Source of the DNA: Octopus sinensis
Lineage: Eukaryota
Assembly: GCF_006345805.1 (NCBI RefSeq)
Contig: NC_043012.1
Coordinates: 49,476,001 to 49,540,000 of the forward strand
Length of the DNA: 64,000 bases
Reading direction: 5' to 3'
A program made the translations under genes and the position numbers. Position 1 is the stretch's first letter. Every line of letters begins with the position of its first letter. The notes beneath the pieces were generated by a model. That model had not been told where the DNA came from and searched no databases. It saw nothing but the letters and a program-made list of their open reading frames with translations. Shown in pieces: positions 27,901-41,434 of the stretch.

Positions 27901-28391
27901 GGCAAAAGAAATCGTAATAGTATATTTGTCATTCTTCTCACATCCGTTTCTACAATGCTGCTTCTCTGGAAATTATTTCTGCTCTTTACTTCTCTTTAAC
28001 CAATGCTACGTCAAGGTTCAAACACAGTATTACTTAAAATAAAAACTTTCCCAACGTTCTCACCTTTCAAAAACAGCCTGCAGGCTCACCTTTTCCAGGT
28101 TTGATTGAAATCTGACATTCCAACCTATCATAATACAACAGATATCGTATTACACATGTCAGGCTCCATGATAGAAACGTTTGCCGTACAGTTCGGTTCA
28201 TCATCAAAAGAATAGTTTATCATATTATATCGAAAAATTTCAGATAAAAAAAAAAAACTTTTCCCACGTTGTTCTGGTAACGTTGATAATGTCGATAATA
28301 AAATTAATGACGACAACGACGACGACGATGACGATGATGACAACAATAAGGATTAGCTCGGTAACTTTGGGGTTGATATACATCACATTAT

Positions 28392-28763
28392 GAGTGGCTG
28401 TGTGGTAAGTAGCTTACTTACGAACCACATGGTTCCGGGTTCAGTCCCACTGCGTGGCACCTTGGGCAAGTGTCTTCTACTATAGCCTCGGGCCGACCAA
28501 AGCCTGGTAGACGGAAACTGAAAGAAGCCTGTCGTATGTATGTATATGTATATATACATATGTGTGTCTGTGTTTGTTCCCCTAACATTGCTTAACAACC
28601 GGTGCTGGTGTGTTTACGTCCTCGTAACTTAGCGGTTCGGCAAAAGGGTCTGATAGAATAAGTACTAGGATTACAAAGAATAAGTGCTGGGGTCGATGTG
28701 CTCGACTAAAGGCGGTGCACCAGCATGGCCGCAGTCAAATGACTGAAACAAGTAAAAGAGTAA
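28392..28763 (+). mobile_element. SINE family A
   Basis: Head, CORE-like block and tail all present. Confidence 0.9.
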
Positions 28764-28904
28764 TTAAATCTACAATATATGGATGAATGCCGGATTTGAA
28801 GATCACAACGTAAAGAATCGTAACGAATGCTGTTTGCTTGCCTTTCTAATGATTATGTCACGAACTACAACAACAACAACTACTACTACTACTACTACTA
28901 CTGA

Positions 28905-30690
28905 TTTCTTTTATTTGCCACCAGGGCAAAGGGTGAGGGGGGCAATACAAAGAGAGGCACAAAGTGTTGGGGTTTACATAAAACAAAAAAGTATACACGG
29001 CATACATTAGAAGGGAAGTATACATAGTATACGACACTAGGAAGAGATGGGGAAAATATAAGAGATATTGATAGGGTCCCCCTGATACAGGAGGACCTCT
29101 AGGGATAATCAAAGAAATCCACCATCCATAGGTCATCCTGAATACCAAGGATGAGAACCCACTCCAACTACTTTCTTCCGACTCACAGTCTACACTGAGA
29201 GTGGTTCCATCCACTCATGCCATTTTCGGAACTTTCACCCTTCTTTTCATAAATTCACTTGACGACAGCAACCCCTCTCTACCCTCACTTTCCTTTTCAA
29301 GTCAAACTTGAAAAAGTCGATGAGGGCTTTACCAAAGAGGAACGTTTCTGTCCTCATCCCTTTCATTCTCGTCCACCACGCAGCTTCTTTCGCTACAGCT
29401 ACCAGACAAAAGAAATCTGCCTTCTCTACCCGATTAAAGGAGGGTGGCGGGACAATCATCATTATGGCCTCGACTGACACACGGATCCGTCCCATACGTG
29501 ACATCAGCTGTTCGACATAAATCCACAAGTCAGGAATGCCCGGACACTGAACGAGTTCATGCAGAACGGTTTCGTTGCTCTGCGAGCACCTCGAACAAAC
29601 CCGTCTGACAATACATCCGCGCCTGTAGAGTTTATCGCGAACCGGTAGCCCACCACCACCACCACCGGTAGCATTGCCAGGCCAAAGACATCTGGAAATA
29701 TCCATAGTCGTCCCGAATAGACTTGCCAGTTTGTCTTCGTCGACGCCTAGGGACTCCCCGAAGACATCGTCGCACTTCCCCACCACTCATCCCCTGTGGA
29801 ACATCCACCGATCCAACTGTCAGACTTGTAGGGGACAGTGAGTACCTGACGACATTCTAAGTGCTAGGCGCTCAGTCTCGGCCTATCTTTTACTCAGGAC
29901 TGCAGTTCCTTCAGGGAGACGATCTGCGGAAAAGCGTATCTTACAAACGGAACCTAGAAATCGCTGCAGATGCCGCAACCTGAGTGTGTACCTGTGCATT
30001 GAAATCCTTGGCAAGCCTAAACCGCCACACAGAGGAAAAAGATAGCAGACCGACCGCCTCACCATCGGAATGCGCTCTTCCCACAAGTAAATAGACAGTA
30101 TACGTTCCAATCTAATCAAGCGGTAACTAGGGCAATGTACGACGATCAGAGGATAAATAATGACGGAGTCGTTATAGGCATTCGCCATCTCTGCCTGGCC
30201 TTTCAAGGAAAACGTTTTCTCTGCCCATTTCTGCGTAAGACAGGTCACCCTGTTCATCACCTTTTCCCAGTTCTTACCCACCTGGAAGTGAGGACCAGAC
30301 CAGACCCATCGCCCTGTCGGCATTGACTTTAGTCCATGCAATCGATTCATATTCCTTTATAATGGAGCATGGAAACAGAATTCGTAAGGCAGACCATCCA
30401 AACAGGGTGATTTGGTACTTGCGCAATCGCTCATCGCCTCCCGTATTTCAGTGGCTCTAATCGGTTTTTCACAGAATCTTACGTCCGCCACCGAGTGCCG
30501 TGTTGGGCCGCTTAGGTACGAAGTAAAGTTCGCTAACGTCGTCGATCCATCACACTCCTCAAACAGCCACGAAAAGTGATGCTAAAAGCTGCAAATATCT
30601 GCTCAGAACCGAGTAGCACCCGTCTGTTCTGATCCATCAAAGACTTGATCATGTTATTTTTTTCAACGTTCCATCTCTACCGTTCGGGCC
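28905..30690 (-). mobile_element. L1/Tx1-clade LINE remnant with internal deletion of the RT core
   Basis: IKSLMDQN and SPCLDGLPYEF (pre-RT) join directly to GRWVWSGP..QVGKNW (post-RT); C-terminal zinc knuckle CSRC...ETVLHELVQC. Confidence 0.9.
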
Positions 30691-30781
30691 CATCAGACGG
30701 CTTTCGGAAAAACAAAAGACTAAGACAGGTCTATAAACAACAAACAGGTGTATCAGTTTAACGCTCGGGAGGTGAGAAAAT

Positions 30782-30817
30782 CTTTTACATTTCGAGCCTA
30801 CGCTCTTCAACAGAAAG
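30782..30817 (-). ncRNA. Minimal type I hammerhead-like motif with variant core, in a probable PLE pLTR remnant
   Basis: CTTT-CTGTTGA-A-GAGC(GTAG)GCTC-GAAA-TGTA-AAAG: helices I and II pair; A6 is U; helix III looks like CpG-decayed ACGT. Confidence 0.55.
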
Positions 30818-31294
30818 GAACACGAAGAAATAAAGAGAGAGAGAGAGAATAAAAAAAAAAACTTTTTGGAGCAGATAGATAGCTGAATTTACTTAACACA
30901 CAAATGCTTCACGAATAAACACACATAAACACACTCGTCGTGTACTAGAGGAGCTTGTGTGCCGTTTACATATTCATGAATTCGTCCCGCTTTATGCACA
31001 CACTAATTCATACATCCACAAATCCCCGTACACATTTTGACGAGAAATATTAAGACTCATTTAGTTTGTTAGTTTATCGGTTTAACTTTGACGAAATTAA
31101 ATCATTCACTCACTCAGCACACACAGCACACACACGTGCACACACAGACACAGAAAACATATATCCCTCACACACACACACTCATGCACGTTCCCTGCAC
31201 TCACACCTAACCCACCATATGTAATACATACATATATATATATATATAATACATATTTATATATATACACATATATATATATATATATATATAT

Positions 31295-31614
31295 GGTGAG
31301 GGCGCGTGGCTTAGTGGTTAGGGCATTCGGCTCATGATCGTAAGGTTGTGAGTTCGATTCCCGGCGACGCGTTGTGTCCTTGAGCAAGACACTTTATTTC
31401 CCGTTGCTCCAGTCCACTCAGCTGGCAAAAATGAGTTGTACTTGTATTTCAAAGGGTCAGCCTTGTCACTCTCTGTGTCCGCTGATTATCCCGAGAACTA
31501 CGTTAAGGGTACACGTGTCTGTGGATGTTCAGCCATTGCACGTTAATTTCACGAGCAAGCTGTTCCGTTGATCGTATCAGCTGGGACCCTCGTCGTCGTA
31601 ACCGGCGGAGTCTT
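31295..31614 (+). mobile_element. tRNA-derived SINE family C
   Basis: GGCGCGTGGCTTAGTGGTTAGG A box, GAGTTCGATTCC B box, GTGTCCTTGAGCAAGACACTT block. Confidence 0.9.
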
Positions 31615-32465
31615 TTATATATATATATTATGTATATATATATGCATATCATTAATGTGAGCACATATTCTTAATAATTGGTACGACTCTCTTTTGTCTC
31701 TCTCTCTCTCTCATTTTTACTTGATTTCCCCCTCTCTCTCTCTCTTTTCTCTCTATTCATCTTCTCTTTCCTCTGATCCTTTGGTCTAGTCCTTCCACTA
31801 CCCTCCTATTTCTTTGTCTCGCTCTGCACTCACAGGTCATTCTTCGACACCCATCCCTTCTCCTCTCTGATTCCTTCTTTCTCTCTCTTCTCTCTCTTGT
31901 TGCGTTTTGTGTCCCTCTTCTCTCTCTCTCTTCCTTCTTTGCTTCTCTTTCTTTTCTTTTCCCTCTTCTCTGTCACGTGACTGTTGGCCGAAATCTGCCT
32001 TTCAGCTCCTGACCCTCGTCGTGTTAACATCGTTGTTTTTCGTCCGCCGCTATAAAGGCTTTTTCCAATGCGCCAGAGAAAAAATTTGTTTGCTTGTTAT
32101 CAGTCGTAACACTTGTTGTTTTCACCGTTAATGCTTCTGTATTTCATGTTTCTGTATTCCATTATTGTGTTTTTTTTTTTTTTTTTTTTTTTTAATTTTT
32201 ATATCTGTCCCTTTTGCTGTCCTGGTGTTCGTATGCATTCGATCCTTCTTCCAGGAAATCTACGCTTCCAGCTTAGTTTTTCTAATGCTCGTTGCTTAGT
32301 TTTTCTTGGAGGGCTGGCCGTGATCTAGTAATCTCAGATTAATCAGCCGAAATTACTACGATGATCCGGTTCTTGACTGAAGACTGAGGGGTTCGAATGT
32401 CCTGTCCATGTTTATTGTACGTCTTCTAAAGTTATACGTCTTGTCCATGTTGTATTTTCTACATA

Positions 32466-32508
<43 letters not shown>

Positions 32509-34030
32509 TCTCACACGCACCCCACACACTGTGTGTGAGTGTGTACGATGTAAAATATTCCAGAAAGATTGCAATAATTACTGTTAAACGCATAGCAAAT
32601 ACACAAATGAATATATCAAAGCATAGATTACCGGATGCATTTATAGTTTCATGTACGTAGATAGGTAAAGTGCCACAGAAACACAACAGCGAATGCTTGT
32701 GCCAAATTGACGTGGTGGAAAATCCACAGAGAAAACCTTTCTATCCGGGCTGTTTCTGGATTAGGGGCAGTCTGATTTTCTTATTGAGAAATTTGGAACG
32801 TAAAAGCGGATAAACGTACATACATATATGTGCGTTTGTATATGCGTATGTTTCCTGTGTGTATGATCGTGTGTGTGTGTGGGGGGGGGGCGAGTGTGTG
32901 TGTGTGTACCCAAACTTGTAAACGCAGACATATATAAATATATGCATGGGTGCATGTCTGTCGCATAAATTATAACCACACGCAAACATACACACACACA
33001 CACACACACACCACACACACACACACATATCACATACATGTAAATACATATACGCATGTATATGTATGAATGCATATTTATACACACATACATACGCACG
33101 CACAAACACACTAACACACAAACGCACATGCACACACATATGCATATATATATAAAATGTGTATAAAATTATTACACACATACATGAATATAATGTAGTT
33201 GATATAGCAACAATGATTCATTTGAGGAGTACTGGTTAACATTATACAAGTGTTCTACAGCTGTTTAGTTTCATTAAACGTAGCAGGTGAACCTATCAAA
33301 TACTTATATATTATGATTAATTGAACTGAACGTTCCACAAACTAACAGCTGTAGTTAGCATATGAACTTATAGTCTAACGTCTGTTCTTTTTGAATAGGT
33401 CTTTTTGAATACGGGCTCACACACACATATCTGCCACAAATACACACATATAGACATGCAGATATACGAATTTATTCCACTATTATATATGCATATATAT
33501 ATATAAATATAAATACTTGATATTTGTGTGTGAATGTATACATGTGTGTAACTATATAGATGCATCTATCAGTCTATCTATCTATATACACATGAACCCA
33601 TACATACACACAAACACAGAGATACGTACGTACACACGCACACAAGAGTATATATGGATGGATGGATGGATAGATAGATTGATATAAATTTACATATGTA
33701 AAGTGTATGTGTATGCATGTGTGAGTATAGGCAACTGCTTGTTTTGGTTGTGTGCTTGTATACGGTTATACCAACTAAACACGCGGTCATAAAATCTAAC
33801 TTCAGCGTTATATGTGCAATTACGTTGCTGCTTTTCAACGCAACATTTATTTATATCAAGAAGAATTATTTCTCCCATTCTGCTACTCTCTCTTTCTCTT
33901 CTTTCTCATCAACATCATGGTTTTTATTATACGCACAAACATACCTATACATATATACATGCCTAAAACCATACTGCTGTACACGTACAGTCTCGCACAT
34001 ATATGCATGCACAATCACATATAAGTACAA

Positions 34031-34117
<87 letters not shown>

Positions 34118-34299
34118 TACACATATACGTGTGTGTGCGTGTGTGTGTTTATGCGTGTATGTGTGTGTATTCTGTTTCTTTATTGTTATCGGTTTATGCT
34201 GATAAACATTAGAGTCTTAGTTTTCATATATGGAGTATTTTCCATGAAAAAAAAATATATATACTTCTTGGTCAAATATTTGTGATATCAGTAAAAGTT

Positions 34300-34910
34300 C
34301 CCATGAGTTTCGGAGCTCAGCAGGGATAAATATTGCAACCTCTGGATTTATAATTGTTATTAAATGAATGGAAATGAGCAATCGCCGAGGAAGTTGTATC
34401 ACAATTTCTGGGTGTAGGATAAGTTGGTTGATATTTTGCAGAGACGTGGTGCTCCTTGGCTCATCAGATGGTGATCTCTAGTATGCACTGAATGGGTTCG
34501 CTGCCGAGCTGCAAGGCCAGTATCAGGAGACTGAGACATTGGTTCTCTCAGCAAATTTTCTTCAGTGCATCCTGAATGTCAGTGGAACATCACTGAGACA
34601 GGTGAAAAGTCTGATTATCCGAAGGACCTCTTCCCGAGTGTTGGCAGAAACAGGTGGCACGGGATTAGAATGTTTCAGAAAAGAATCACAAGGCATATTT
34701 CTCAAACCGAACCTACTGGCAGGAGAATTAGAGATAGGCTAAGAATGAGATAATTGGATAATATTCATAATTTCATTAGGGCACGATTGGGTATCTAACC
34801 GAATATCCAATGACGGTTGCTTCCGATTGGACCCTAATGGAGGTGTTTGAGGTCTCTTCACCCACGACTTTCTCAGGAATAATGGACGGTGAAGATGACT
34901 GAATGGAATA
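34300..34910 (+). mobile_element. RTE-clade LINE, degraded RT and 3' end
   Basis: Reconstructed reading DVVLLGSSDGDL*YALNGFAAE...ETLVLS...QCILNVSGTSLRQVKS, typical of RTE after the FADD motif. Confidence 0.75.
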
Positions 34911-35126
34911 TAAATACATATAACTGCATATAAATTTGTGCTAGATGAGATAGTGGACAAACTGTATCACCAGAACATCTGATAAAGAACATTCGGTATT
35001 TGATCTAGTTTCAACTTTCTGATTTCAAATCTTGCTCAGAACAACTTTGCTTTCCTTCTTTCTTGGAACGATAAAATACAATACTATTTAAATACTAATG
35101 ACGAATTAGTTGAGGACCTATAATTA

Positions 35127-35296
35127 GTGCCAATGTTCACTGAGGTAGACTGGTACTTCAGAGCTCGAAAGGGCTAATGTGCAATGAGGTAGACTGGTAC
35201 TTCAGAGCTCGAAAGGGCTAATGTGCAATGAGGTAGACTGGTACTTCAGAGCTCGAAAGTGCCAATGAGCAATGAGGTAGACTAGTACTTCAGAGC
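35127..35296. repeat. 44-bp tandem repeat, about 3.7 copies
   Basis: TGAGGTAGAC recurs at 35141, 35185, 35229 and 35273. Confidence 0.95.
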
Positions 35297-35911
35297 CACT
35301 GCAAGTAAAGGAACACAAGACTGGTATTACACTACCATTACCCGAGGTATTCCCCATAAATTCAAAGGTGGTTGAATATAATTTGGGCGATATTTGGTGG
35401 CTATTTCTAGCATATTGGACAACCAGGTACATCATTGCTTTTTCAAAGTCAGAGTTACTCCCCAACCCCAACTAATTTATCAATAGAAAGCAGACGGTAG
35501 AGGCAGACAGAAACATCTGTATTATATTTTTTAGTCATTGTCTTCTATTTAAATATTAACTTTAAAAATCTAGTGTAATATAAGCTACTTGTTAACTACA
35601 GTCACAGCGACAGTAACAATAGCATCGACAACATCAAAAATAACAATAGACTTCAAAATATGAATAAGTAAATAAACAATTGCCTTTACTTTCAAAAATA
35701 TTTCCGATTTTTATTCTTTGTGAACTATCTGGTAATATTAGTGACCGAAAAGTTGTTTTGACATTCCGTATTATATTAAAAAAAATTATTCATGTGCAAG
35801 TTTATTCTTAATGGCGAAAGAAGAGTGAACACTATGAAACATTGTTTACATTAGTATTGTATAAACTATATCTTCTCTTTTTCTCTTTCATGTTTTCTCT
35901 TTTAATAAGAG

Positions 35912-35957
<46 letters not shown>

Positions 35958-35980
35958 TATATATATAATATATGTATATT

Positions 35981-36195
35981 GGCTTCAAATTTTGGCACAA
36001 GGCCAGCTGGTTTGTGAGGTGGTGATATAAGTCTATTACATTGATCCGAGTGCTCAACTGGTACTTGCTTTATCGACCCCGAAACGATGAAAGGCAAAGT
36101 CGACCTCGGCGGAATTTGATCTCAGAGCGTAAAGACGGACGAAATGCAGCTAAGCATTTTGCCCGTCGTGCCAACGAATTTGCCTGCCCGCCGTC
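35981..36195 (-). mobile_element. SINE family B
   Basis: GACCCCGAAACGATGAAAGGCAAAGTCGACCTCGGCGGAATTTG block. Confidence 0.85.
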
Positions 36196-36239
36196 TCACT
36201 TATGATTAAGGTTGATGTCATGGTTAATGCACAACAATC

Positions 36240-36420
36240 GCTTTGTATCTTTACTTGCCGTGCAAGCCCCACAGTTAGGTGAGGTTCTGGTCTCTACCGT
36301 CTACCATTCTAGCCAGTTAAATGTTGGCTCAGGTCATGGGTAGTCGACTAAGTCAACTACTAGTTGACACATCGTTTGTATTAACATTCCTAAAACATAT
36401 AAGCGGTTTTTTAAATGAGA
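36240..36420 (+). repeat. Unclassified dispersed repeat; second diverged copy at about 38900-39080
   Basis: Shared AGCCC(C)ACAGTTAG.TGAGGTT...CTAGCCA...ATGTTGGC.CAG.TCAT.GGTAGTCGACTA.GTCAAC. Confidence 0.7.
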
Positions 36421-37042
36421 TCATAAATACTATACTTGGACCTAATAAGCTGTGGTACGTTCACTTGTTCAAACTATTCTAACAACTTAATTCTGGGGTC
36501 ATTTTGTTTTCTCTTTTGCGGGTGCATTTGATTTTGTTGAATTTTTGAAAGTGTGTACAAAAATGTATTAATGCGAAAAGGGGGCGATAGTCAACACCTT
36601 CTGAGAAGCACTGGCATAGATGTCTGTCTACCGTGAAGTCTAATACTAAAGAGACTGCCTAGACATATACGCACTTTCAACCGAAAAATTGCGTCACGAA
36701 GTAATTTACGATGAGGTTTTCTTTGAGAATGTATTGTATAGATTTTGTCCTATCTATTTGTACATTGATTCAGAAACATACTCTATACACGCATTCATGC
36801 GTATATAGGTGATATATGTTTACAAGCTGTGTACATGTGGGACTGTGAAATATGACCCCTTTGGAATTGAAATTGAAATTCCCTCCTCAGATACTTTACA
36901 AATGTTACTCTGCTACATAACATAATTGGAGAATTCTTTTTCGAAATGAGTATTATTGGAATTCCTCAGAGATCACTCACTCTTTCGGAAAAAGAAATAA
37001 TAGAAAACAAAGATTTGTAGCATCTATCTGTCTGTCTGTCTC

Positions 37043-37123
<81 letters not shown>

Positions 37124-37194
37124 AGGTATGTCTACCAGTATGTATGTCTATCTGTGTATCCATACATACATATACATATATATATACATATATA

Positions 37195-37377
37195 CGACGG
37201 GCTGCTTTCAGTTTCCGTCTACCAAATCCACTCATAAGGCTTTGGTCGGCCCGAGGCTATAGTAGAAGACACTTACCCAAGGTGCCACGCAGTGGGACTG
37301 AACCTGGAACCATGTGGTTCGTAAGTAAGCTACTTACCACACAGCCACACACACACACACATACACACACACACACT

Positions 37378-37473
<96 letters not shown>

Positions 37474-37876
37474 CGTAGGAGTGGCTGTGTGGTAAGTAGT
37501 TTGCTTACCAACCACATGGTTCCGGGTTCAGTCCCACTGCGTGGCACCTTGGGCAGTGTCTTCTACTATAGCCTCGAGCTAACCAAAGCCTTGTGACTGG
37601 ATTTGGTAGACGAAAACTGAAAGAAGCCCATCGTATGTATATATATATGTGTGTGTCTGTGTGTATGTTTGTGAGTCTGTGTTTGTCCCCCAACATCGCT
37701 TGACAACCGATGGTGGTGTGTTTACGTCCCCGTAACTTAGCAGTTCGGCAAAAGAGACTGATAGAACAAGTACTAGGATTACAAAGAATAAGTCCTGGGG
37801 TCGATTTGCTCGACTAAAGGTGGTGCTCCAGCATGGCCACTATGACATGACTGAAACACCTAAAAGAGTAAAGAGA
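37195..37876. mobile_element. SINE family A head (-) and full copy (+, 37471-37876), back to back across a (CA)(TA) tract
   Basis: Direct match to family A on both strands. Confidence 0.9.
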
Positions 37877-37914
37877 GAGCTATTTTATCTACTTACCTAT
37901 CTTTCTATCTACCT

Positions 37915-38280
37915 ACTTTCCCCTTTTTTCCCCCTTTTTTCTTCTTTTTTCATCTCTCTTTTCTTTTGTTCCTTTTCCTTTTCTTTTTTTATTTTTCTTT
38001 TTTCTTTTTTATTTTATTCATTTATTTATTTATTTTTGTTCTTTTCTTCCCTTTTACGATCCCTCTTGATCGAAAACCTACGCCAACCCTTTTTTTTGTT
38101 TCTTTTGTTTTTTGTTTTTTTCATCCCCCAAAAGAAAAGCTCTACCTTGTAACTTGTCCCATCTGTGTGCAGCCCTGTGTGGCCAATAAAGAAACTTATC
38201 TACCTACTTGTCCGTCTGATGTCTGTCTGCCTATTTATCTATCTGTGCAGCCCTGTGTGGCTAATAAAGAAACATATCTA
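37915..38280 (+). mobile_element. L1/Tx1 3' UTR fragment with duplicated terminus, in (TATC)n
   Basis: Near-identical to the reverse complement of 51065-51210; TGTGCAGCCCTGTGTGGC.AATAAAGAAAC occurs twice. Confidence 0.88.
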
Positions 38281-38316
38281 TCTATTTATTTGTTTTTTCT
38301 GTTTATCTATTTATCC

Positions 38317-38395
<79 letters not shown>

Positions 38396-40819
38396 CATCT
38401 ATCTCTATCCATCTATCTCTATCCATCTATCTATCTGTCTGTTTCTGTCTGTCTATCTATCTATCGACTGATAAATTATATGAAATGGTAGATTAATAGT
38501 CATAGTGTAGGATAATGAGTAAAGCAATGAAAATAGCGAGAAAAGATTAGATGAAAATCTTCTCATTAAAGAAGGAACAACAACGCTGCTTAGTTATCTT
38601 TAAGCACTGCTCATTCAGTAAAAAAAATATATAAGACATTCGAAGGGAGAGCCTTAGGAATAAACGTTTCTACACCTAGCTCAGGATTCAGTTCAGCTGT
38701 GATATGCTTAGTTAAACGTGTTACCATAGCACATATCGGTTAGAATTTCCATTTTTAATGAAAAATCCTATTTTATATTATCACTACTGCACGTTCGCTA
38801 AAAATTTTTTTAAAAATCGGTTAAGCAAAGTACAGGATGTACGCATATGTGTGGCATTGGGAGAGATATAAGGTGTCACATTCATATTGATGTAATGGTA
38901 GTGTACAAGCGTTGTGCATCTCTGCTGGCCGCCGAAGCCCACAGTTAGATGAGGTTTGGATCTCTGTCGTGTACTACTCTAGCCAATTGCATGTTGGCAC
39001 AGATCATCGGTAGTCGACTAGGTCAACGCTAAAAGCTGACAGGCATCTTATTTTATTATTCCAAACATTGCTAAAATAGATGGTAAGCCCCACTGTTTCT
39101 CTTATGTATTGCTTACTTCATTTTGGAAATATTTCACCACCTCGTTATGATGGACGTATTATGTTTACGATTGAACCTGTACTACTGAAATATGAATAAT
39201 ATAGAAGAAATAATTTGTAGAGAGTATTGAAGAAAATTTAAATTTCACGAAATTGATGCACATGTATTTTATAAATACGTAAATCATAACAGGAGTTTCA
39301 ATTACGCTGTTAAATATAATTTAAGGAAAAAGAAAACGAAAGAAAAAGAATTTTACTTTATCGTGCTGATTTTCCAATATTGGCCAACAAATTCTATCCG
39401 ATGGCTGTAGTGGTGAAATGATGCATTTCATCCTCTACTAATTGTCCGTTGCTTACATTAATCTCTAAACCGTATTAATAGAGAAGTGTGACAATTTGGA
39501 CTTCTTGGAATTGGCTGTGTCATTAATGGCATCGAGTTGAGAGGAAGGATTAAAGAACGGCAAAATCAATTAGAGACGAATATATCTTGATCCCATTATG
39601 GCTATTTCAAATCCGTTAAGTGATGTCGTTATTTGTCGAGTGAAGGCGCGAATTTGCCAGATAGTAAAACTGTGGTTTGATGAAGTCTGTAAAACTGTGG
39701 CAACTATACAAGTGAGATTATGTTAATTCCAAAATAAGACGATCAAAACGTAAATGGTGAATAAATAAAAGGGTTTCTGAACTCAGTATCTGGTTAAAAT
39801 CAGTTATTTATAGAACTATAGTCGAGTATCTAGGTTTACAATAGCGATTTATTTCGTAGACAGATGAGATGTTTATAATTGCAAGGGAGTATAGACCATT
39901 GAATCTATTTCAATATATTATTGAAATAGATTCTTTTATCGAATGAAAGGCGGAAGAGTACCTGACAAGATTATAAATAGAAGAGGCGATGCATCAAATT
40001 TCGTTATTATTATGCTGTATTTTCAAACAATATTCGAACCACCACATCGTGTTTTCTGAACCCTTCGCCTTCAGAGTTCTGTATCCGATTGCTTTTCTCT
40101 GAAAAGCAAAGTGTTATAGCATTACAAAAAATAATAAGACAGTATTTCAGATAAGTAACACAATAGCTAGCTACACTATTGCAATGTCGCCACTTATATC
40201 ACCCCCTAAATGTATTTTCATGTCTGCGGTAGCAGGGTTGTACCTACTTTGCTATCTAAGGTAAAATATCTTTTTAAAATCGTTTCTCTATCACATATAA
40301 CTTAATTACATTTTATAAATAAATTAATCAAAGCATGCTGGTAAAAGCCTATCAACTATTCAGGTCCTAAATGGCAGGTAATATTCTGTGGCTGATATTC
40401 AGTTTATGCATCTTACGGTTGAAAACCTTGTGAAGAATGAAACTTCTCAGAGTTCCAAATCTGAGTTCTTGATTTTCGTTTTCTTGTTCAACACATAACG
40501 TGCATAGTTTTTTCTTTCAGAATCTTGCTAAACACGATCGTCACTTTATTATTTTTTTTTTCAGATATACCATATGGATAAATGTATAATCTAATGTATA
40601 TGCTGTTTAAAAAGCATCGATGATGATTTGGTGGGTAATGATTTCGATTATATATGTGGCAAAATGAAAGGCCCTTGTTTTATTTGCACAGTAATCATTC
40701 GAAATATAATGATAATAACGATTTGAAATTTTGTAAGAAGGCCAGGAATTTCGGAGGAATACTGGGCTTCGTATATTTTACCCCAATGTCACTGAAACTA
40801 ACGTTGATGACAGGCAAAA

Positions 40820-41205
40820 ACTGAGGAGCGGTGGAGCCAGAAACCTCTGCATGGAGCCGAAATGCTGATGCAGACCAAGCAACAACTCATCAGTGGCTGA
40901 GTAGCTCACGATTGAAAACAGGGACTGAAGGTTTCATATTGGCGACAAAAGATCAAAGCTTGCTTTTCAAAATTTACCAGGATAACGGTTTTCAAAACGG
41001 TTCTGACCCTAAATGCAGATTCTGCGATAAGTTTGATGAAGCAATAGACCATCTCGTCTCGTGATGCTGAAGGTAAAATGTCACTATCCTTTGGGATTTT
41101 CCAGTCAACACCGACAGAACGACCCAGGCTAATCGACCAGACATGGTCATAAAAGATGGAGAAAAAAGTAATTGTACACTATTAGATGTAAGTGTTCCCA
41201 CTGAT
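40820..41205 (+). mobile_element. R4/Dong-clade LINE, left part (zinc knuckle and start of RLE endonuclease)
   Basis: HQWLSSSRLKTGTEGFILATKDQ...CRFCDKFDEAIDHLVS...ILWDFPVNTDRTTQANRPDMVIKD...LLDVSVPTD. Confidence 0.9.
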
Positions 41206-41434
41206 ATATACATATATATATATAATGTGAAATAGAAAGATGAATAATCTTGTAGTAGATTAATCAAAAGTTTAACCGATACCTTAGTAGCAAAAATCAC
41301 AGCAGTGAACAGCACGGTTGGAGGTACAACCATCTGGCGTTGCAACCGTGCGTTGGTGCGGATAATTGAAATTAAAACATTATTGGTGAATTGAAGAAAT
41401 GGAGCTGAACGCAGATTGAACAGAAATCGTTTTA

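Noticed and set aside
32290-32400. GGCTG...CAGCC-GAAA and CTGAAGA...CGAATGTC as hammerhead candidates
   Set aside because: Core and helix I cannot be assembled in either register.
35127-35296. 44-bp repeat as a CRISPR array or let-7 gene
   Set aside because: No unique spacers, eukaryotic context, and only 8 nt match let-7 with no pre-miRNA hairpin.
39400-40300. Possible decayed cadherin or TM-protein coding sequence on the - strand
   Set aside because: A hydrophobic stretch with several stops and no cadherin DxNDNxP or LDRE motifs.
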